NCBI GenBank assembly: GCA_000996355.1
Contig: LCAH01000007.1
Span: 1 to 11,088, forward strand
Length of the DNA stretch: 11,088 bases
Direction: 5' to 3'
Origin: Candidatus Uhrbacteria bacterium GW2011_GWC2_41_11
GTDB lineage: Bacteria; Patescibacteriota; Patescibacteriia; UBA9934; GWF2-40-263
The notes under the pieces are model-generated. The model did not search any database, was not told the origin of the DNA, and saw only the letters and a list, made by a program, of their open reading frames with translations. Positions 6,633 through 11,088 of the stretch are shown piece by piece (position 1 is the stretch's first letter; each line of letters starts with the position of its first letter). The translations under genes and the position numbers were made by a program.

Positions 6633-8027
6633 ATGAATCATATCATTGGTCGCGGGATTGGACTCGGAGATGAGGGAAAGGGAAAGATCATAGCGGCCAT
6701 CGGACGGAAACTTGGCATTCGGACAGGTATACGCGACACTGGAGCCAATCAAGCCGTTCATCACCTTCCAGGACCTAATGGTATTTGGCATGGGTTTGCG
6801 CAATTTTGTTCCCATTCCTTTCAGAATGACGCGTGGACATTCCTCGCGCGGGGTATGGCGGTTGAGCTTGAGGCACTTGTGCGTGAGGCGGAAGTGCTGG
6901 TGACCAAAGGAGTCGTTGATCCTATTCGACGGGTTGTGATCGATGACCAGTGTGCGATTGTGACACCCATGCACAAAATGGTCGGACGTATGGAGGAATT
7001 GATTCGTAGGCGTGGTTCGTGCGGTATGGGCGCAGGAAGAACAATTCGCGATCGGGAGGCAGGAAAAGGAATTCGAGTTTCACATGTTCTGGACGGATCC
7101 GTTCGAGATCGGTTGCGGGAAATGGTGACAGAAACCATAGCCGAGGCGCGACAGTTACTTGAACAACATCCGACCGATGATATGCGTGCTGAATTTTCCT
7201 ATTTCATTCATCGGTGTAATCCGGACATGCTGGCCGAAACCTATGAACATATTCTTGCGTATTCTGGCGTACTGGTAGACCATGATCGTCGGTTATTTCT
7301 GCAGCGCATCCAGGAGGAACGGGTATTTTTCGAGGGGGCACATGGAACTTTGTTGGATGTCCGGTTCGGATTCCATCCGTATGTGACTCAGTCCAAGACC
7401 ACGTGGCAACATATCGAGGAGCTTGTCAGTCCTCAAATATCCTTGAAAAAACTTGGGATCTCGAGGTCTTATAGTCTTCGATATGGCATGGGACCTCTCA
7501 TAACAAAAGACCCTATCCTTTCGAAACATCTTCAGGATTCACGTAATCCTGAAGATTCTTGGCAGGGGTCAGTACACATTGGATGGCTTGACCTTCCGAT
7601 GTGGAGATATGGAATTCTGTTAAACGATCGACTCGATGGTATTGCCCTTACTTGTCTTGACCACCTAACTGGGTATCCAAGCATTCGAGTATGTACGTCC
7701 TATTTTTATGATGGAAAGCAGGACTCGCTCGATACATTCTTTGAATGGACGCGCACCAAACAAGGAACAGCCGAGATCCTCGGTTTCAAGAAGCCAGAAC
7801 TACCATTCGAGAGCGAAGAACGCACGCGGATTCTTCATCAATGTAGGCCTGGTAAGTGGATTGAATTTCCGGGGTGGAACAAGGACATCCGACAAGTAAG
7901 ACGGGTGCAAGATCTACCGAAAGCCGCCCGCAACTATGTTGACTTTCTTGAAAGCTGGGCAGGATTTGCTCTGCCCATTCGGATCATTTCGGTTGGTCCG
8001 GATGTTGAAAGCTCAATTTTTATCTGA
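6633..8027 (+). CDS. Divergent adenylosuccinate synthetase (PurA)-family GTP-dependent ligase. It is probably not the housekeeping PurA.
   Basis: ATG 6633 with GGAGGAAAG RBS. PurA motifs are present throughout: GDEGKGKI P-loop (catalytic Asp/Lys), GANQAVHH (compare GGHNAGHT), GSCGMGAGRT (compare GTTGRGIGP), FFEGAHGTLLDVRFGFHPYVTQSKTT (compare [25 protein letters not shown]), RSYSLRYGMGPL (compare KAYSTRVGAGPF), IGWLD...DGIALTCLDHL (compare TGWLD...SGFCLTKLDVL), FPGW and IISVGPDVESSI (compare IISTGPDRTETM). The aspartate-binding TTGRRRR loop is replaced by QGSVHI, and the conserved Gln of EGAQG is His. Confidence 0.85.
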   Translation: MNHIIGRGIGLGDEGKGKIIAAIGRKLGIRTGIRDTGANQAVHHLPGPNGIWHGFAQFCSHSFQNDAWTFLARGMAVELEALVREAEVLVTKGVVDPIRRVVIDDQCAIVTPMHKMVGRMEELIRRRGSCGMGAGRTIRDREAGKGIRVSHVLDGSVRDRLREMVTETIAEARQLLEQHPTDDMRAEFSYFIHRCNPDMLAETYEHILAYSGVLVDHDRRLFLQRIQEERVFFEGAHGTLLDVRFGFHPYVTQSKTTWQHIEELVSPQISLKKLGISRSYSLRYGMGPLITKDPILSKHLQDSRNPEDSWQGSVHIGWLDLPMWRYGILLNDRLDGIALTCLDHLTGYPSIRVCTSYFYDGKQDSLDTFFEWTRTKQGTAEILGFKKPELPFESEERTRILHQCRPGKWIEFPGWNKDIRQVRRVQDLPKAARNYVDFLESWAGFALPIRIISVGPDVESSIFI

Positions 8028-8057
8028 AATCCGTGACGCATACTCGCGGATTTTTTT
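8028..8057 (+). terminator. Intrinsic terminator after the PurA-like gene
   Basis: Stem 8027-8035 pairs with 8045-8053 (including one G-U pair); loop is acgcatact; T7 at 8051-8057. Confidence 0.7.
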
Positions 8058-8061
8058 GTAC

Positions 8062-8086
8062 AAAAAATCCGTCTTGTTCAGACGGA
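8062..8086 (-). terminator. Intrinsic terminator for the minus-strand zinc-ribbon gene
   Basis: Stem tccgtct (8068-8074) pairs with agacgga (8080-8086); loop is tgttc. The A6 run at 8062-8067 becomes a U6 run after the hairpin on the minus strand, directly downstream of the stop at 8094. Confidence 0.7.
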
Positions 8087-8093
8087 AAGTCGT

Positions 8094-8627
8094 TTAGGGT
8101 CCGGCACAGAGCGGGGGTTCTTGATTCCGGAATTTGGTACGCAATATGAGAAGATTTTTTTTCTCCTGCTCATATGCTTCCAATTCCACGGGATCTGTCG
8201 GTAGAACAAAGATGATTGTGTTGCAGTGTTGACAATACTGGTACGTTTTTTTCTCTCTCGGATCCGCAAGAAGCGGTCGTGAGAAACTTATGACATTGTA
8301 GACGAGCTCCTCGAGTTCGTTTCTCCAGGATTCTGGGATCATCGTGTTTTGTTGGAAGGAAGCGAACCCGCAGACAGGACACTGTTCAGGGCAGACATCC
8401 GGGTTCTGGAACGAAGTAAGAGCTTGTTCCCGAATTTGTTCCGGTGTTTTTCCACGATGTTCAGCTTCGAAGGATAGGGAGCATTTATTACATCCCAACC
8501 GTTCGAGAACTTCATAAGAATACCCTGTTTGCGTGCATCGGGTATTCCAGATTCCGATGAGCCGTCCTTCTTTACATGAAGGACAAGAATGGTTCATTAG
8601 TAAACCTTTCAATTGTTCCAGACTCAT
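8094..8627 (-). CDS. Hypothetical Cys-rich protein with two predicted zinc-ribbon motifs (177 aa)
   Basis: Strong RBS AGGAGGAAACCCC before the ATG at 8627. Cys pairs CPSC(15-18)...CNKC(46-49) and CPEQCPVC(80-87)...CQHC(133-136) are spaced as in zinc ribbons. Confidence 0.65.
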   Translation of the reverse strand: MSLEQLKGLLMNHSCPSCKEGRLIGIWNTRCTQTGYSYEVLERLGCNKCSLSFEAEHRGKTPEQIREQALTSFQNPDVCPEQCPVCGFASFQQNTMIPESWRNELEELVYNVISFSRPLLADPREKKTYQYCQHCNTIIFVLPTDPVELEAYEQEKKNLLILRTKFRNQEPPLCAGP

Positions 8628-8742
8628 GGGGTTTCCTCCTAAGTGTGTTTAAAAAGAACCTTTGAAAATCCTATGGAAGGATAATAAATATGTCAATATA
8701 AAATTGATTTTGTTATGATGAATTCATTCTTTTTTATTTTTT

Positions 8743-9303
8743 ATGAACGAGCAACTATTCGAATGGAAACAATACCGTAGATCCGAACCGATTCTCTCTA
8801 AAGAAGAGCGTACCAAAGAGCAGGAGTTACGGAATCCAAAAACGATTCTTGAATTTGTTGTGAATCAGGAAAATGGAGTTTTGACAGAAAATATCTGGGC
8901 AAAGAATGTCATCGACCCATCAGAAACCGTTTATCAATTGCTCAGGGATGAAAGAACCGGACAGCTTGCCATTATAAAATGGAAAAAAGGCGACATTGTA
9001 AAACCGCATCCTACTGAAGGATTCAAACGTGAATATGCGGAAAGCCATTATCGGACAAGTTATGGGCATGCCGGTCAATTTGAGGAAGTTGGTCTCTATG
9101 GATCTAGAACAGCCCTTCAAAAATCTATTCAAGAAGTTCGTGCCATTGGAGCAACTTATCAACCTCTTGCAGAATTGCAAAAGGCGATTGATGAAGGAAT
9201 AAGAAAACAAGATGCTGAAGATCAAGAGATGTTGGCAGGACATTCGAAATCTGAAGAAGATGGTGATGATGGACATGATTCCATGTTGGCACGCGCTGCT
9301 TAA
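8743..9303 (+). CDS. Hypothetical protein (186 aa) with an acidic C-terminal tail
   Basis: Single ORF with ordinary composition. The upstream region is AT-rich with no clear Shine-Dalgarno, so the start is less certain. It is divergent from the zinc-ribbon gene. Confidence 0.5.
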   Translation: MNEQLFEWKQYRRSEPILSKEERTKEQELRNPKTILEFVVNQENGVLTENIWAKNVIDPSETVYQLLRDERTGQLAIIKWKKGDIVKPHPTEGFKREYAESHYRTSYGHAGQFEEVGLYGSRTALQKSIQEVRAIGATYQPLAELQKAIDEGIRKQDAEDQEMLAGHSKSEEDGDDGHDSMLARAA

Positions 9304-9343
9304 TATCTAGGTTATCCTCTTGAGGAAAAGTTTTGTGTCAGTT

Positions 9344-10606
9344 ATGCTACGGAGCATGTCATTTTCTCTCTTCTCTTCTCGTATACGTTTGCCGCGAACA
9401 GTGACATTTCTCATTGTCCTTGTTTGTATTTTAACATCGTTTGTTTTTGGATTGTTTCTTGGACGCCAGCAAGGAGTTCGTCTGGCTGTTCCGTCTGGAG
9501 AAGGTCGTGTGTTGGGTCAAGGGGGGAAAACAATGACGGCATTGGAAAAAGATGTTGACTTCCAATTATTTTGGAATGTTTGGAATTTGGTAAAAGAAAC
9601 ATACTATCAACAACCTGTTTCTGATAAATCGCTCTTTTATGGAGCGGTCATGGGAATGGTTGCAGGATTACAGGATCCATATTCTGTGTTCTTTGATCCA
9701 ACAGCTGCAGAAGAATTCAATAAAGATTTGACAGGAAGTTTTGAAGGAGTCGGAGCGGAAATCGGTATCAAAAATCATCAGCTGCAAATCGTGGCTCCAT
9801 TGCCAGGAAGTCCAGCTGAAGCAGCTGGGATAAAATCAGGTGATAAGATTTTTTTGATTGACGGAAAAGAGACAGCCAACATGACCGTAGAAGAAGCCAT
9901 ATCTTTGATTCGCGGAGAACGAGGGACAACGGTCGTTTTGACAATTTCTCGAGACGGATTAAAAGATGTCATGGAAGTTTCGGTTGTTCGCGATACGATA
10001 AAAGTGAATAGTGTACGTGCGGAAATGCGTGAAGACGGCATCGCAGTTATTCACATGTATTTATTTAATGAAGACACGGAACCGTTGTTTACCGCGGCTG
10101 TGAATGAAAGTCTGAGTCATGGAGCACGAGGAATCATTCTTGACTTACGGAGCAACCCAGGTGGACTTTTAACAGCTGCGATTGATGTGGCAAGTGCATG
10201 GATTGGTAAAGATCCGGTTGTCATTCAACGCGTTCGTGATCGACAAGATGTGTTTCCCGGATCTGTCTCTGCTCGTTTGCAGGGAATTCCAACCGTGGTG
10301 CTTGTAAACGGCGGTTCCGCTTCCGGTTCGGAAATTGTTGCCGGAGCTTTGCAAGATTATGGTTATGCAACACTTATCGGAGAACAAACATTTGGAAAAG
10401 GATCTGTCCAGGATTATCGCGAGTTAGATGACGGGTCTGCAGTAAAAATTACCATTGCCGAATGGTTGACTCCATATGGACGTTCGATTAATCATGTGGG
10501 AATTGCTCCGGATGTGCAGGTTCCGTTTACGGAAGAGGATTTTAAAAATGGACGTGATCCACAATTTGATACAGCCATTGAATGGCTTCAAAAGGCTATC
10601 AAATAA
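9344..10606 (+). CDS. ctp: C-terminal processing (tail-specific) protease, S41 family, with PDZ domain and N-terminal membrane anchor
   Basis: PDZ region (GVGAEIGIKNH...GDKIFLIDGKE). S41 signatures ILDLRSNPGGLL, the catalytic Ser in NGGSASGSEI and the catalytic Lys in GEQTFGKGSVQ. One TM helix (VTFLIVLVCILTSFVFGLFLG). The start is uncertain among ATG 9344, GTG 9335 (GAGGAAAAG 4 nt upstream) and TTG 9320 (used by the ORF track). Confidence 0.9.
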   Translation: MLRSMSFSLFSSRIRLPRTVTFLIVLVCILTSFVFGLFLGRQQGVRLAVPSGEGRVLGQGGKTMTALEKDVDFQLFWNVWNLVKETYYQQPVSDKSLFYGAVMGMVAGLQDPYSVFFDPTAAEEFNKDLTGSFEGVGAEIGIKNHQLQIVAPLPGSPAEAAGIKSGDKIFLIDGKETANMTVEEAISLIRGERGTTVVLTISRDGLKDVMEVSVVRDTIKVNSVRAEMREDGIAVIHMYLFNEDTEPLFTAAVNESLSHGARGIILDLRSNPGGLLTAAIDVASAWIGKDPVVIQRVRDRQDVFPGSVSARLQGIPTVVLVNGGSASGSEIVAGALQDYGYATLIGEQTFGKGSVQDYRELDDGSAVKITIAEWLTPYGRSINHVGIAPDVQVPFTEEDFKNGRDPQFDTAIEWLQKAIK

Positions 10607-11088
10607 TGTCTTGTATGAATCATGTGCCTTCTCCGGAATCTATTCCACGGTCTCGACCGTCACGTTCAAGTTCAAAACGTGCAAAAAATATGGTTCATGA
10701 AGTATCAGCGGGCGGGCTTGTATTCAAACGAACTCCAAAAGGAATTTTGTTTGCCATGATGAAAGATTCGTATGGAAAATGGACGTTCCCAAAAGGACAT
10801 GTAGAATCTGGAGAAGAAAAAGAAGAGGCTGCTGCCCGGGAAAGCATGGAAGAACTGGGTCTAGAACAAATTCGACTTCTCGAATCATTAGGACAAATTA
10901 CGATTTGGTTTCGTGATCGTTTTGTAAAAAAAGGAGCGCTGGTTCACAAAGACATTCATTATTTTTTATTTGCGACTCTTCCGGACACAGAATTGTTTCC
11001 TCAAACATCTGAACATATCCAGGAAGCTGCATGGATTCCAGCAAAGGAATTATTGGAACGATCTTTTTATCCGGATCTTGTTCCTGTG
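10606..11088 (+). CDS. Nudix-family hydrolase (partial; continues past the window end)
   Basis: Frame-1 ORF from ATG 10606, overlapping the ctp stop as TAATG. A canonical Nudix box GHVESGEEKEEAAARESMEELGL (Gx5Ex7REUxEExGU) is present. The N-terminal 28 aa are Ser/Arg/Lys-rich; alternative starts are ATG 10615 or 10690. It is absent from the ORF track because there is no in-window stop. Confidence 0.8.
   Translation, partial: MSCMNHVPSPESIPRSRPSRSSSKRAKNMVHEVSAGGLVFKRTPKGILFAMMKDSYGKWTFPKGHVESGEEKEEAAARESMEELGLEQIRLLESLGQITIWFRDRFVKKGALVHKDIHYFLFATLPDTELFPQTSEHIQEAAWIPAKELLERSFYPDLVPV

Noticed and set aside
5403-8108. Shared 8-mer tccggcac near both ends of the GC-elevated cassette (about 5404-5411 and about 8101-8108) as possible insertion direct repeats
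   Set aside because: An 8-mer match has a chance expectation of roughly 0.3 in 11 kb, and the two copies lie in different local contexts (inside a terminator stem versus inside the zinc-ribbon gene's 3' end). This is not convincing as target-site duplication.
1-11088. CRISPR arrays, IS elements, integrase or transposase genes, rRNA or tRNA
   Set aside because: No regularly spaced direct repeats, no long terminal inverted repeats, and no ORF with recombinase or transposase motifs were seen. The only evidence for mobility is compositional (GC shift at 5513-8027).

Overview
The window looks like a low-GC bacterial chromosomal region, roughly 40-45% GC from a few 60-nt stretches I counted by eye. 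It carries 13 plausible protein-coding genes and several clear intrinsic-terminator hairpins. I found no rRNA, tRNA, CRISPR array, transposase or integrase. Recognisable genes are a stand-alone GTP cyclohydrolase II (ribA, 292-897), a secreted alpha/beta-hydrolase-fold lipoprotein (minus strand, 952-2115), a Hanks-type protein-kinase-fold protein with degenerate catalytic motifs (4580-5383), a C-terminal processing (S41) protease with a PDZ domain (9344-10606) and a partial Nudix hydrolase (10606 to the window end). The remaining genes are hypothetical: two Trp-rich small proteins in an operon, a coiled-coil protein, a 65-aa helical protein, a 2x zinc-ribbon protein and an acidic-tailed protein. 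The most interesting part is a two-gene cassette at 5513-8027 that is bracketed by terminators and has visibly higher GC (about 50% in sampled stretches). It encodes an uncharacterised 338-aa protein and a highly divergent adenylosuccinate-synthetase (PurA)-family enzyme. That enzyme keeps the GDEGKGK P-loop and the IMP-site motifs. It has lost the Arg-rich aspartate-binding loop and carries His in place of the conserved Gln of the EGAQG motif. I therefore doubt it is the housekeeping PurA. It is a candidate purine C6-aminating or nucleotide-modifying enzyme of unknown specificity. Other points worth a second look are a strong terminator hairpin 35 nt upstream of ribA with no FMN-riboswitch consensus, a perfect 10-bp inverted repeat in the divergent promoter region at 2148-2172, and a hairpin plus T-run between the two cassette genes.
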